From positions 186,001 to 250,000 of IMG/VR virus record IMGVR_UViG_3300017528_000567: a stretch of DNA of 64,000 bases. One strand, written 5' to 3'. Positions 45,203 to 55,112 of this stretch are shown in pieces (position 1 is the first letter of the stretch; each line of letters begins with the position of its first letter). The position numbers were made by a program, and so were the translations under genes. The notes below the pieces were generated by a model, which did no database searches, was not told the origin of the DNA, and saw only the letters and a list, made by a program, of their open reading frames with translations.

Positions 45203-45240
45203 GAAACGAAAAGAGCCGCCTGGTTTCCCGGGCGGCTCTC
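45203..45240 (-). terminator. Attenuator terminator upstream of the tRNA array
   Basis: GAGAGCCGCC-CGGGAAACCA-GGCGGCTCTT then TTCGTTTCT. Confidence 0.8.
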
Positions 45241-45266
45241 GATTCAATCCTACTTTCGTGGATTGG

Positions 45267-45461
45267 TTAGTCGAGTGCCGCCCTATGATCTGCCTCGGGT
45301 CGCGGATTGCGGGTGCTAAACACCGAGGCTTGGTGGGACGTAATGTTCTTACCGCCGAGATAGCTCGCCGACAGACCTTCAGAGCCCAAGCTCAGGACGC
45401 ACCACATCCCCGCGGTTTTCACCGACTGGGATAAGGGTCTTGATGTGAGCTGAGTCGTCAT
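45267..45461 (-). CDS. 64-aa attenuator leader peptide
   Basis: Last codons (GGGCGGCACTCGA) complementary to the terminator 5' arm; upstream GGTGTA at 45524-45529. Confidence 0.7.
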   Translation of the reverse strand: MTTQLTSRPLSQSVKTAGMWCVLSLGSEGLSASYLGGKNITSHQASVFSTRNPRPEADHRAALD

Positions 45462-45659
45462 GTCCGTGTTCTCTTGAACCAAGGGCGGGCGCCTAGCCCA
45501 CCAGCTACTGGTTCGTGGGTTGTTACACCTGCGAGCCTAGCACGCAAGCGGTTTCATAAAGAAAAGTGCAAAGGTTTCTTGAGAAAGTTGCAAGTTGTTG
45601 AAAGGACGGCTGGAATCACGGGCCAAGGGTAAAGATGAAGGGGTGTAGGCTCCGAGCTC

Positions 45660-46751
45660 CTACCGAAACTGCGTGGGAGGCGGTTTGATCGCCTGGCCCT
45701 CTTCGGGCAACGGCTGCGGCTTCCATTCTGCGATGAGCTTGCGGAGTACCTGCAGATCTTTCACAAGCCGCTGTAGGATGTGCTTCGTGTCGTCAATCCG
45801 GCCCTTGAGTAAGCGGTCCCAAGCCGGCTCTCCTGGCTTGACCATTTTTACATTGCCGGACAACTCATAGGCCAGCTGGTCGACCTCTCCATTCTCGAGG
45901 CGTCGAAGGAAGTCCTTGTGGTGAGCTTCACTCTTGTCGAGCACGCCCACTAGATGCTCAGTGCCTTCACATGAGAGCTCGAAAGGCTGGTAGCCAACCC
46001 CGTAGCAACTACCCTGAATCTGCCCCCAACCGGGCCGCTGGTAGCCGTGGAGCACGACAGTGGGCGGCGCACTACTGCGGGCCTTCAGCTTGATGTTGCG
46101 AAAACAGCACGAGCACGTCCCGCTGGCGCTACGCGTCTTGGGCTTCTTCTTCTCTCGCTCGGCCTCGTGCGTTTCCAAGCCAAGGTAGTTAGAGGCCTGC
46201 TCTTTCAGCTTGGTCTTCTTGTCGAGCCAAGCGGCGAGTGCGTAAGGCGTCATCTTTTTGTAGTCGCCGCGCTCCACCTGATTTAGATCGGCGCCCAGCT
46301 CGAAGACTTGTCCCTCCGGTGACGTAATAAGGAACCCGTCGGTCCCGACGAACTCGTGATAGGTGACATACCAAGATCCCGGCTGTCCCTCCTTCACATC
46401 CGAGAGGTCCATCACGTACTTTTGCCCGAACTTCGGAGCAGAGGGCTTGCTCGAAACCTCGAGGCGCTTCAGCTGCGTGTGCCGCGCCTGAATCTGCTCA
46501 AGGCCATACTCGAAGTGGTGTTGGGGCCGGTTATCCGCCGTCTCATAGCCCCGGGTGGTAACGAAGGCGACGGTCTTTTCCACCTTCCAGCCCCCGCCCA
46601 ACCGAGCCAGCACCTCCAACCACTGCTTGATCGTCAAGCTCGTGGTCGCGCCCTTGCGTATCTTGATGAGCAGCTCCCGGAACTTCTCTTCGGACATTGC
46701 CGCTGCGGCATAGCGCCGCGCAACACGATTTGCAATTCGCTCTCTAATCAT
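45660..46751 (-). CDS. Hypothetical protein (RVARRYAAA N-terminus)
   Basis: 363 aa; CSCC..HGY..C cluster. Confidence 0.75.
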   Translation of the reverse strand: MIRERIANRVARRYAAAAMSEEKFRELLIKIRKGATTSLTIKQWLEVLARLGGGWKVEKTVAFVTTRGYETADNRPQHHFEYGLEQIQARHTQLKRLEVSSKPSAPKFGQKYVMDLSDVKEGQPGSWYVTYHEFVGTDGFLITSPEGQVFELGADLNQVERGDYKKMTPYALAAWLDKKTKLKEQASNYLGLETHEAEREKKKPKTRSASGTCSCCFRNIKLKARSSAPPTVVLHGYQRPGWGQIQGSCYGVGYQPFELSCEGTEHLVGVLDKSEAHHKDFLRRLENGEVDQLAYELSGNVKMVKPGEPAWDRLLKGRIDDTKHILQRLVKDLQVLRKLIAEWKPQPLPEEGQAIKPPPTQFR

Positions 46752-46757
46752 GAGGGG

Positions 46758-47366
46758 TCACATGGGTTGGTCGCCAACCTGAAAGTTCAGGAGTGTTCCG
46801 TTAAAATCGGCCAGGAGAGTGCCGTAGCCGACGCGGACGTATCTCATATAGTCCGTTGCCCATGGGTCGTTCGGGATATCACCCATGCCGCCAGGAACAG
46901 GGGCACCGTTCAGAAGCGTGAAGTCCACGTACTGACCACTAGGGAGCGGGTTTATCGAATTCCACGAAACGCGGACCTGGACTGTGGCCCCAGCGGGGAG
47001 CGCCGGACCGCCAGGCGTCGACGCTGTAATGATAGCGGCACCTTGAAAGGCAATCGTTAGCACCGGCCGATTCTGCGTATCGAGCGAAAGCTGGACCGTA
47101 TCCCGAGGTGGACTGGTCAACTCGGAAGTGAGTTTGATGAGCGCACGGGCCGCGCCGGGCGGCCCTGTGACAACCTCCGCGGTCAGCGATCCACAGGTTC
47201 CAATGTGCTCGACCTCGAACTGTCCAAGGCCACGGGTCTGAAGCAATTGACCAGGGACAGGCCGATACACGTAGCCGTTAAATGCGTCGGTCCCATTCAC
47301 TCGTGTCAGGATCTGGTTGCTGGTCTGCACCATTCCGGTGGAACTAGGGATGAAGAGGTCCGGCAT
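46758..47366 (-). CDS. Hypothetical beta-rich (virion-like) protein
   Basis: TTTATG-N13-ATG (MPDLF). Confidence 0.65.
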   Translation of the reverse strand: MPDLFIPSSTGMVQTSNQILTRVNGTDAFNGYVYRPVPGQLLQTRGLGQFEVEHIGTCGSLTAEVVTGPPGAARALIKLTSELTSPPRDTVQLSLDTQNRPVLTIAFQGAAIITASTPGGPALPAGATVQVRVSWNSINPLPSGQYVDFTLLNGAPVPGGMGDIPNDPWATDYMRYVRVGYGTLLADFNGTLLNFQVGDQPM

Positions 47367-47392
47367 ACCCAAGCAATCCCATAAAAGTTCTT

Positions 47393-48019
47393 TTGTCACG
47401 CTATGGCATGACCTCTATCCCCGAGGGGGTGCGCGAGACTCTCCGCACCGCCAGCACGGCGCTGCCGACCCAGAGTTTCACCTGTGCCTTTTACCCAGAC
47501 CACTGGAACGCATTCGTCGAGCTCTGGGCGCCCAAAATTCACGCGTTCGTTGAAGACGCCCTGGGTCCGTACGGAACCCAGCCCAAGAGCAAGATCCTAC
47601 CCCTGTCGGACGGCTTTCACATGGCCTGCGCAAACGCGAGCTTCGATCTCGTGTCAGGCCAGATCTGCTTAGGCTCTCATCTCTTTGACCAGCCCGGGGC
47701 CACGCTAGAGAAGCTCACGCACGAGATGATCCACGGCTCGCTGGCCGACTTCCCCGAGGGTGACCCGTTCTACGAAGAAGCCGTCGCTGATTACGGGACG
47801 TGGGTACTGGCACACGCGCCTCTGTGGGAGCCGTATCGCCAAGAAATGATCCAGGCTGCGGCGGACAACATCCGCAATCGCCGTGAGCGAGCTCTGAGAA
47901 CCGGCAGCGACTACGACCGCAAGAGATGGGCCGGAGGCGTCTACATGATGCACGCGTACGGCCCGTACGTGATCGCCACATTCCGGCAGCGGAAGGCTGA
48001 AGGCAACCTCACCTGGTGA
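47393..48019 (+). CDS. HExxH metallopeptidase-like protein
   Basis: LTHEMIH...YEEAVAD. Confidence 0.65.
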   Translation: MSRYGMTSIPEGVRETLRTASTALPTQSFTCAFYPDHWNAFVELWAPKIHAFVEDALGPYGTQPKSKILPLSDGFHMACANASFDLVSGQICLGSHLFDQPGATLEKLTHEMIHGSLADFPEGDPFYEEAVADYGTWVLAHAPLWEPYRQEMIQAAADNIRNRRERALRTGSDYDRKRWAGGVYMMHAYGPYVIATFRQRKAEGNLTW

Positions 48020-48028
48020 TCACAGACC

Positions 48029-48373
48029 GTGTCTCTGATCAAGAGCATTCAACGGGTGCTCACGCCAGATCTTCTCCTGCCTCAGTGGCGCGGCAACCCT
48101 CACCCATTGGCGGGGCACTGCTACGCAGCCGCCGAATCTCTATTTCACATGATCGGCGGGAGTGTGGCGGGGGCCAAACCCTACTCGGCCCCCTGCCCCG
48201 GCGGCGTGCATTGGTGGATACAGCAAGGCGGAACCCGGCTCGATCCCACGGGCGCGCAGTTCGATAGCGAGACGCGAAAAGAGATCTACGCCCAAGGTCG
48301 AGGCAGAGGGTTCTTAACCAAGCAGCCCAGCAAGCGAGCTCAAGAGATCATCCGGCGCGTCGAGAATCAGTGA
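48029..48373 (+). CDS. Hypothetical protein with Cys-His-Asp triad-like motif
   Basis: GHCYAAAE..HWW..DPT. Confidence 0.6.
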   Translation: MSLIKSIQRVLTPDLLLPQWRGNPHPLAGHCYAAAESLFHMIGGSVAGAKPYSAPCPGGVHWWIQQGGTRLDPTGAQFDSETRKEIYAQGRGRGFLTKQPSKRAQEIIRRVENQ

Positions 48374-48552
48374 TGCAGCAGCATCGCCAGCGCCACTCCA
48401 GCACCAAAGGACAGCGCGAGCATGAATAGCAATATCGGCAGGGCGATCCAATCAGCACGAGGCGTGCGGACCAAAGGACCCTTGGTCTCTACAGGTTCAA
48501 TCTCTGGGTCCATGCCGGTACCATTGCCATCGTAAGAAAAGGTCGAGATCAT
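48367..48552 (-). CDS. Small membrane protein
   Basis: Hydrophobic C-terminal helix. Confidence 0.45.
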   Translation of the reverse strand: MISTFSYDGNGTGMDPEIEPVETKGPLVRTPRADWIALPILLFMLALSFGAGVALAMLLHH

Positions 48553-49225
48553 CGTCCGACACAGCTTCTTCTTTTGAAGGGACCGCCTCGCTTACAGCTG
48601 GAGGTGCCTCCGATCCCCACGTGTCCCAGCCGGGCCACGCCTCCCTCGCGAAGAGCTCGATGCGGGGCCTGTCGCCCAGGAGCTCGACGATCAAGTCGCG
48701 GAAGATGGCGGGCTTGCGCGAGTGCACCTGCTGCTTGGGCGCCAGCACGTAATCGACCGGCCACTCTGGCGGCAGCACCTCATAACCATCGTGGTCGAGC
48801 TCAAACACATGCTGGACCTGGCTCTCACTGAGCAGCGGGAACACACGCTCATTCGGATGCGTCGAGAAGACCAGCAGCAGCTCATCGAGCGGCTTTACGA
48901 ATCGGGGCCGTGGGCCGCTTGCCCTGATGGGCGTGCCGTCCTTCGTGGTCTTCACCCAGATGTACGCGATGCCCTGGTAGTGCAGACCGTGCCGCTCACG
49001 CCATTGCTCGCCGCAACGCATCGCAAGGGCGAGCTTTGGACCCGTGACCCACGAAAAGACAGCGCAGCGTTTGGCCATGAACCGAGACCAATCGAACGCT
49101 GCGATCTCGAGCTCCGGCATTTGCTCGTACGTGAGCTTGGCAGTGCCGAATGACGTGTACGGCCACGGGAAGTCCGCGTAGATGATCTCGTACGGGCCGC
49201 TCTTTTCTGCGGCTGCGGCTGACAT
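48497..49225 (-). CDS. MT-A70-family adenine methyltransferase
   Basis: IIYADFPWPY, IWVK, HSRKP, RIELFAR, GWDTWG; GGTGTA-N9-ATG. Confidence 0.9.
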   Translation of the reverse strand: MSAAAAEKSGPYEIIYADFPWPYTSFGTAKLTYEQMPELEIAAFDWSRFMAKRCAVFSWVTGPKLALAMRCGEQWRERHGLHYQGIAYIWVKTTKDGTPIRASGPRPRFVKPLDELLLVFSTHPNERVFPLLSESQVQHVFELDHDGYEVLPPEWPVDYVLAPKQQVHSRKPAIFRDLIVELLGDRPRIELFAREAWPGWDTWGSEAPPAVSEAVPSKEEAVSDDDLDLFLRWQWYRHGPRD

Positions 49226-49295
49226 GTCATCGGCTACACCAAGGGGTTGGCGCGCCGTTCGACGGAACCACCCATTTGTGCTATCCTTACCTGTA

Positions 49296-49871
49296 ATGGC
49301 TAGCGCACTCCCAACCCCCAAGCTGACTCCGGCAGAGTTCATCGAATGGGAGAAGACGCAGCTAGACAGGCATGAGTTTGTTGGCGGTGAAGTCTTCGCA
49401 ATGGCCGGTGCTTCCCCGCGCCACAACAAACTCGCCTCTAACCTGCACTCTGTTCTAGGGCGTCTTCTCCGGGGCACGCCGTGCGATGCGTTAGAATCGA
49501 ATCAACGGGTCTGCGTAGAGACTGAGTCAGGTTACGTCTACCCAGACATGAGCATCGTGTGCGGAGAGCCTAATTTTGACGAGGTCGGCCAGGCCCTCTT
49601 GAACCCGACGGTGCTTGTGGAAATCCTGTCCAAGGGCACCGAGGCTTTTGACCGAGGCGACAAGTTCCGCCTCTACCGGGCTCGCCCGTCCCTTCTTGAC
49701 TACCTTCTGGTGTCGCAGCGTGCGGCGCTGATCGAGCATTTTCAGCGCCGCGATTCCACCTGGGTGCTTGTTGAAGCTGGCGCTGAAGCCAAGGTTACTC
49801 TGGCAAACGGGACCAGTTTCTCAGTCGACGAAGTCTATGAAGGCGCGTGGCGCTTCCCGGGCGACGACTGA
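49296..49871 (+). CDS. Uma2-family endonuclease
   Basis: HEFVGGEVFAMAG, YPDMSIVC, VEILSKGT, DRGDKF. Confidence 0.9.
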   Translation: MASALPTPKLTPAEFIEWEKTQLDRHEFVGGEVFAMAGASPRHNKLASNLHSVLGRLLRGTPCDALESNQRVCVETESGYVYPDMSIVCGEPNFDEVGQALLNPTVLVEILSKGTEAFDRGDKFRLYRARPSLLDYLLVSQRAALIEHFQRRDSTWVLVEAGAEAKVTLANGTSFSVDEVYEGAWRFPGDD

Positions 49872-49883
49872 AAAGGAGCCGGG

Positions 49884-51482
49884 TCATAGCCCCGCGAGCT
49901 CCTCAAAGAGGTCGGGCTCACGAGTCGTGCGAAGCACCGCAACCTGATGCGACTCCGGGTCGCGCTCGATGCCAATGAACCGGCAGCCCTCCTCGAGCGC
50001 CGCCAAGCATGTGGTGCCGCTTCCGCAATACGGGTCCAGGACCGTGCCGCCCTTGGGCGTGACGAGCCTGACCAGCCAACGCATCACAGCGAGCGGCTTC
50101 ACCGTCGGGTGCTTGTTGGTCCCCTTCGGCAGCCCGCGATCGCGCTCGGCCTTGCTGACCTTGGCTGAATAGAAGAACGGGGCGTCGGGCTCGAACTGTC
50201 CGAAGAAGCGAGAGGCACCTCCGGTATCGCCGAAGCCACCCGCAGTTGCCACGGGATTCGAACCACTGAAGCCGCCTTCATATGAGACAGCTCCAGCGAA
50301 TTTACCTCCGCTCTTCCCACCCAGCGATGTCGACACCCCACTCTGCTCATCCAGGGTCTTTACGGGGCAACCGTCAGCGCATTCGTAGACAGGTACTTCA
50401 GCGGCGTCGGTTTCAAACTGGCTGAAGAAGCGGGAGGCCCCTCCAGCATCCGAGTAGCCTTGCGACGTCCGCGCGTATTCTCGGCCCTTGGCTACGTTTG
50501 TCTCGCACGCCGAGTTGTTTCGAATCCCCGGAGCCCCACCCGCCGGCCCACTCTGCGCATCCAGAGTCTTGACCGGACACCCGACTTCGCATTCATAGAC
50601 AGGCACCTCCTCCATGCCGTCCGCGTCGCCCGTCTGCTCCGACGTGTAGGCGTGGCCGGCACCCTCACCGAAGGGCTTCATCCCGTCGTCGAAACGGTTG
50701 ATGACGGGCGCTGGCAAACGCTTGGTCCCGGTGATTTTGCAATCGGCTGCGTGAGTAAGCAGGAGGTTGGCGGGCCATCGACCGTGATTGTGAACCACGG
50801 TTTCAGTCCCTTGAGTCATGCCGCCAGTCTGCTTCGACCCCGGCCCACTAGTGCGCTCCGCTCTAGGTTTTGAGCTATTGGTGCGGGTCTGGACACCAAC
50901 GCGACAAGCATCGATGTTCATCGCCCCAGTGTCAGTCGCGAGCACTTGCTTGGCGACCGTCGACTCAGCGAGCGGCTTACGAAAAATCAGCGCCGGCTCC
51001 CAACTAGGCTTGAGCGCCGTGGCCCAGCCCTCCCAAGAGGAAGCTTCCTCAGCACTGAGCCCAGCCTTCTCAAGTGCTTTTTGAACAGATAGCGCTTTGG
51101 GAAAACCAGACCCGTTCAACCACTGAAAACACTGGACCCCGAACTGACTCGCGATCGTGTCGCGACACTCGAAACCCGCAGCGCGGATCCCGATCGAGAT
51201 CAGATCGAAAGTACGCGTTCCGCCGAATGAGACCAGGTGCCCACCAGGCTTCAGAACACGGAGGCACTCACGCCAAACCGAGATCGGCGGGATGCTCCAA
51301 TCACGACCCATGAAGTCGCCCGACGTATCGAGCTCCCCGCCCTGCAGGTACGCGATGATCTCGTCCGCGGTCGGCTCTCTCGTGCCTAGCCCATAGGGCG
51401 GGTCGGTCACGACCGAGTGCACCGACTCATCCGGCAACGTCTTAAGAACGTCCAGGCAGTCGCCAAGCAGGATCTGGTTCAC
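49884..51482 (-). CDS. DNA N4/N6 methyltransferase (beta class)
   Basis: VTDPPY, HPTVKP, VLDPYCGSGTT. Confidence 0.92.
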   Translation of the reverse strand: MNQILLGDCLDVLKTLPDESVHSVVTDPPYGLGTREPTADEIIAYLQGGELDTSGDFMGRDWSIPPISVWRECLRVLKPGGHLVSFGGTRTFDLISIGIRAAGFECRDTIASQFGVQCFQWLNGSGFPKALSVQKALEKAGLSAEEASSWEGWATALKPSWEPALIFRKPLAESTVAKQVLATDTGAMNIDACRVGVQTRTNSSKPRAERTSGPGSKQTGGMTQGTETVVHNHGRWPANLLLTHAADCKITGTKRLPAPVINRFDDGMKPFGEGAGHAYTSEQTGDADGMEEVPVYECEVGCPVKTLDAQSGPAGGAPGIRNNSACETNVAKGREYARTSQGYSDAGGASRFFSQFETDAAEVPVYECADGCPVKTLDEQSGVSTSLGGKSGGKFAGAVSYEGGFSGSNPVATAGGFGDTGGASRFFGQFEPDAPFFYSAKVSKAERDRGLPKGTNKHPTVKPLAVMRWLVRLVTPKGGTVLDPYCGSGTTCLAALEEGCRFIGIERDPESHQVAVLRTTREPDLFEELAGL

Positions 51483-51490
51483 CCGTGGGG

Positions 51491-53281
51491 CTACACCACT
51501 GCCACAAGGAAGCGGTGCGCGACGCGCTCAACCACGTTACCCCGGCGATGAGCGCCCGGCTTGGACAACACCGACCGGAACGATTCCATCTGGTCTCGCG
51601 TGATGTCGTAGTTCAGCACGTAGTGCGCGAACACTTCGGCGAAGGCTTCATCGATGTCGCTCTTCCCGTAGTCAGACACTGCCTCAACCGGCGCTGGGTT
51701 GTCGAAGTAACTTTGCTGCCAAGCCTTGGACTTGGGGTCAAGTTTAGCTTCCGCTTCCGCGTTGTGGACCTTGAGCGCGAGGTCAAGGGTCGCCATGGCA
51801 TTATCGACCAACTGCTTGAGCAGAACTCTCGCGGTAGTGACCCACTGATCTCGTTGCGCGGGCCTCACCTTGGAGAGGTCGTCGGCATGCCACCTGACGC
51901 TGACCCCCTCGCTCCAGGTGGCTCTATTCAACTTCTCAACATCCGGGTTCTTGAAGGCGTCGCGCAAGCCGCGGACCCCAGACAGAGCGTCGGTTATGTC
52001 CGACGAAAGATCTCGAATCTGTTTCCTGTGCCCATCTTCCTCCTCGGGAGTCGAGACACCTGTCGCTACTGCAGAGACCAGCGCTAGAATAGCACGCTCT
52101 GCAGTCCGTATCAGGTACTTGGGCTTACTGAGATGGTTCTCGCTGTAGAGCGCGACGTCCTTCGGAGCGTTGGCGGGCCGTGGAACAGTTCGAGCTTTCA
52201 CCAACTCGGAGAACCGATGGCGCTGCTCGGGCCGCATCTGCTTGAACCAGTAGCGGTGACCAAGTTCGTGTACAACCAGCTCAACAATGAACGTGCTCGG
52301 CCGAGAGTAGATCCGGACCGTGTCCGGACCAATGAAGTAATGGCCTCCAACGCCGCCACCCGTGTTCTGGTTCGCACCGCCGCAATCATTGCACTTGATG
52401 AACGTGGTCCCGTACCACGCGCTCTCCAGACCTCGGATCTTGAGCCGTGCGTGTGCCTCCCTCAGGTAGCCGATATATTCGCGGACCTCTTTGTCGATGA
52501 CGGTCGAGTCGTCCACCACGATCTTCATGCCGAGCAGGTCGAAGTTCCGATACGCGGTTGTCAGCCCTTGCCCGTAGTTCTCCTCGAAGATCTCGCGCGT
52601 CTTCTCGAACCACTCCAGCGGGCTCCAGTCGAGCTTGCTCTTCTTCGCAGCCTTGCCGGCCGCGGCATAGAAACCGACCCGCGTGAGAAACTCCCACTTG
52701 ACGCGCCACTCACTGTCAGAGTCACCCATGATGGACGCGATCTCAACGGGCGTCGCCTTCTTGACGGTCTTCTGCGCAAGCTTATCAAGGACGGTCTGAT
52801 CGACAGTCCACTCATACTTGATGAGGTCCGCAATGGTCGGGCAAGCCTTCTCCATTCTCGACGTGACCTCAGACCACCCAAACTGTTTCAAGGATCGGAC
52901 AGGGTCCCGCTGCTCGTCAGAGCCGTAGTACTGCGACGACAGCTCACCCTGTCTTCTGTGCTTGGCCGCCACCGCCTCAAGATACTCTATGGCAAAGTCG
53001 ACCGCTCGCTTGATCACGAGACGGGCCTGGTCGTTGCTAATCATGGCATCGAACTCGGACTGAAACTTCCTGAAGTACGAGACCAGCCGATCTTCGATGA
53101 CCCACCCCCAAGCCCGAGCGCTCTCGTGATGTGGGGTCTTCAAGAGTGCCTTCAGCTCGGCCAGCTTGGTCGCAAACCATTTCTTGGGCACAACCTCATC
53201 GGCCGCCAAACGGAAGCGCTCTGCCACCCGGAGAGCAGGACTATCAGCTACGTGAATCAGGCTCGACGATGACCGCGCCAT
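51491..53281 (-). CDS. Large protein with HExxH and EAFAE metallopeptidase-like motifs, probably virion-associated
   Basis: VHELGHRY, SDYGKSDIDEAFAEVF; RVAERF and RVAHRF at both ends. Confidence 0.7.
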   Translation of the reverse strand: MARSSSSLIHVADSPALRVAERFRLAADEVVPKKWFATKLAELKALLKTPHHESARAWGWVIEDRLVSYFRKFQSEFDAMISNDQARLVIKRAVDFAIEYLEAVAAKHRRQGELSSQYYGSDEQRDPVRSLKQFGWSEVTSRMEKACPTIADLIKYEWTVDQTVLDKLAQKTVKKATPVEIASIMGDSDSEWRVKWEFLTRVGFYAAAGKAAKKSKLDWSPLEWFEKTREIFEENYGQGLTTAYRNFDLLGMKIVVDDSTVIDKEVREYIGYLREAHARLKIRGLESAWYGTTFIKCNDCGGANQNTGGGVGGHYFIGPDTVRIYSRPSTFIVELVVHELGHRYWFKQMRPEQRHRFSELVKARTVPRPANAPKDVALYSENHLSKPKYLIRTAERAILALVSAVATGVSTPEEEDGHRKQIRDLSSDITDALSGVRGLRDAFKNPDVEKLNRATWSEGVSVRWHADDLSKVRPAQRDQWVTTARVLLKQLVDNAMATLDLALKVHNAEAEAKLDPKSKAWQQSYFDNPAPVEAVSDYGKSDIDEAFAEVFAHYVLNYDITRDQMESFRSVLSKPGAHRRGNVVERVAHRFLVAVV

Positions 53282-53283
53282 AA

Positions 53284-54117
53284 CTATTCCGCCGCGTCCT
53301 CCAGCTCCTCGACCATCGCCGGATACTCGCCCTTGATCGCTTGGAAGATGAGCTTCTTGTATCGGACCCAAGCCGTCGCCGTTAGCGGGCCGCCCGACGC
53401 ATTCGTCGCATGGTCCAGCATCGACGGCTTCCCCCGTGCAGGGTTACCAAGGATCTCAACATCGCTAAAGCCTTCCATCAAGAGCCGAACGTACTGCTCG
53501 GCCGACGGGTGAATGCGACGGAGCTTCGCTTTCATCTCGGGAGAGTCTAGGACGGTTTCCTCGTCCCCTGGCTCCATGCCTTGGCTCGGAGAGCGATCGA
53601 GGAACCCAGGCCCTTCATCTTCATCATCACGCCGCAGAGTCGACTCACCGAGCTCGAACCGCTTCCGCCGCAGAAGGTTGATCCCGTCGTTGTACAGACT
53701 GCGCATGACGTAGGCCTCAGCCTGCCGGAGCGAAGTGCCGGCTTTGATGTACTGGTCCGCCTTCCCCATGAACTTCACCAGGAACGCGCTCAGGATGTCC
53801 TCGACGATCTCTGGCTTGTGGTACTTGCGCATCAGCGACAAGAACGCCTTCTTGCCGAACTCGCGGCCGTAGGCCGCCGGCAAGCGGTTCACGGAATGCT
53901 GCGCGATCCACTCACTCGCGGGCTTCCCATTGATCGCCGGCATCCCCTCGACCCCGTTCTCAACGAACAGGCCGTACATGGCGACGCCGAAAGCGTCGGT
54001 TGTGCTACTGGCTAGTCGGCATACGACCTGTGCGAAGCGCTCCCATAAAGGGAGGGAGGCCCAAATCATGCGCCGGATCTGTGCGGCGGTCCTAATCAGC
54101 TGTGCGACGCGTTCCAT
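53284..54117 (-). CDS. Sigma-70/ECF-like protein
   Basis: VEDILSAFLVKF...AYVMRSLYNDGINLLRR (region 2-like), LLMEGFSDVEI (region 4-like). Confidence 0.55.
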   Translation of the reverse strand: MERVAQLIRTAAQIRRMIWASLPLWERFAQVVCRLASSTTDAFGVAMYGLFVENGVEGMPAINGKPASEWIAQHSVNRLPAAYGREFGKKAFLSLMRKYHKPEIVEDILSAFLVKFMGKADQYIKAGTSLRQAEAYVMRSLYNDGINLLRRKRFELGESTLRRDDEDEGPGFLDRSPSQGMEPGDEETVLDSPEMKAKLRRIHPSAEQYVRLLMEGFSDVEILGNPARGKPSMLDHATNASGGPLTATAWVRYKKLIFQAIKGEYPAMVEELEDAAE

Positions 54118-54146
54118 TACCCCTGCAGGGGCACAAAAGCACTAAC

Positions 54147-55112
54147 TCACCCCTCAGCGGCTTCATCGCTTTCGATCACGTCGTCAGCGGGCAAGCCCCC
54201 GCCCAGCTGGATGGATCTGATCACAGACTTGCGCACTCGTATTGGGAAGCCGGCGCCCCTGAGCGCCTGCGGTAGCGTCGCCCCCTCTTGAAGTTGGGCG
54301 AAGACCCGCTCTTCAGCAGTGCCGTCTGGTGGGACTCCAAACGCCACGAGGCACGATTGAAGGGTCTCAGCGAGCAGAGCTCGAGCCTCGCTCAAAGCGA
54401 TCTTCACCTCGGGGGGCGCTTGCCTCACCTCCTCCAAGGTATCCTCCCAAGGGATCGCGTCCCCCTCCTGCCCGCGAAGCGCTTGGGGTCGCTCCTTGTG
54501 GCGTCGCTTGAGGGTGCGACAGAAATTCGCGTAGTGATTGAGGACTGCCGTGGTCAAGTAATTTTTGAACTGGCTCTGGGTCGCTCGCGGCTCAGGGATC
54601 TTTGCATTCCCCTCGGGGCGACTCATCCCATAGATGCCGCCATCTTTTACATCCAGCCCCCAGACCTTAAACGGGTAACGAAGCTTCCCCTTGATGATCT
54701 CACCCCATGTGAGCGCGATCACATCTTCATAGGCAAAGCATGCGTCCTTGGCCGTGAGCCAATCGACCCCTCGAATCCTGAAGTCCGCTATGTTCACCGG
54801 CGTTGGCATCCACACCCGGCATTTGCCGGTGTGGTACGCCTTTGCCGCCTGAACCCATTGAAACCAGCTCACCCCAAGAAGGTCACAAGCTCCGATCGCT
54901 GTGAGCACCTTTGGTGTTTGCTTTTGAAGGTGAGCCTCAAATCGCTCTAAGAGGCGGGCTTCCAAGATTTTCACCCACACGTAGCTGTGAAGATCCTCGA
55001 AGTTACTCTCCACTTGGTTTGATCGCTGAAGAAGCTTTTTGATGTGTGATCCATACAGCCTTTGAAGCTCTGGGTAAGAACTCGGGACGATGAATCGCTC
55101 GGACGACATCAT
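54147..55112 (-). CDS. Sigma-70/ECF-like protein with insertion
   Basis: FEDLHSYVWVKIL...QFKNYLTTAVLNHYANFCR (split region 2-like). Confidence 0.55.
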   Translation of the reverse strand: MMSSERFIVPSSYPELQRLYGSHIKKLLQRSNQVESNFEDLHSYVWVKILEARLLERFEAHLQKQTPKVLTAIGACDLLGVSWFQWVQAAKAYHTGKCRVWMPTPVNIADFRIRGVDWLTAKDACFAYEDVIALTWGEIIKGKLRYPFKVWGLDVKDGGIYGMSRPEGNAKIPEPRATQSQFKNYLTTAVLNHYANFCRTLKRRHKERPQALRGQEGDAIPWEDTLEEVRQAPPEVKIALSEARALLAETLQSCLVAFGVPPDGTAEERVFAQLQEGATLPQALRGAGFPIRVRKSVIRSIQLGGGLPADDVIESDEAAEG

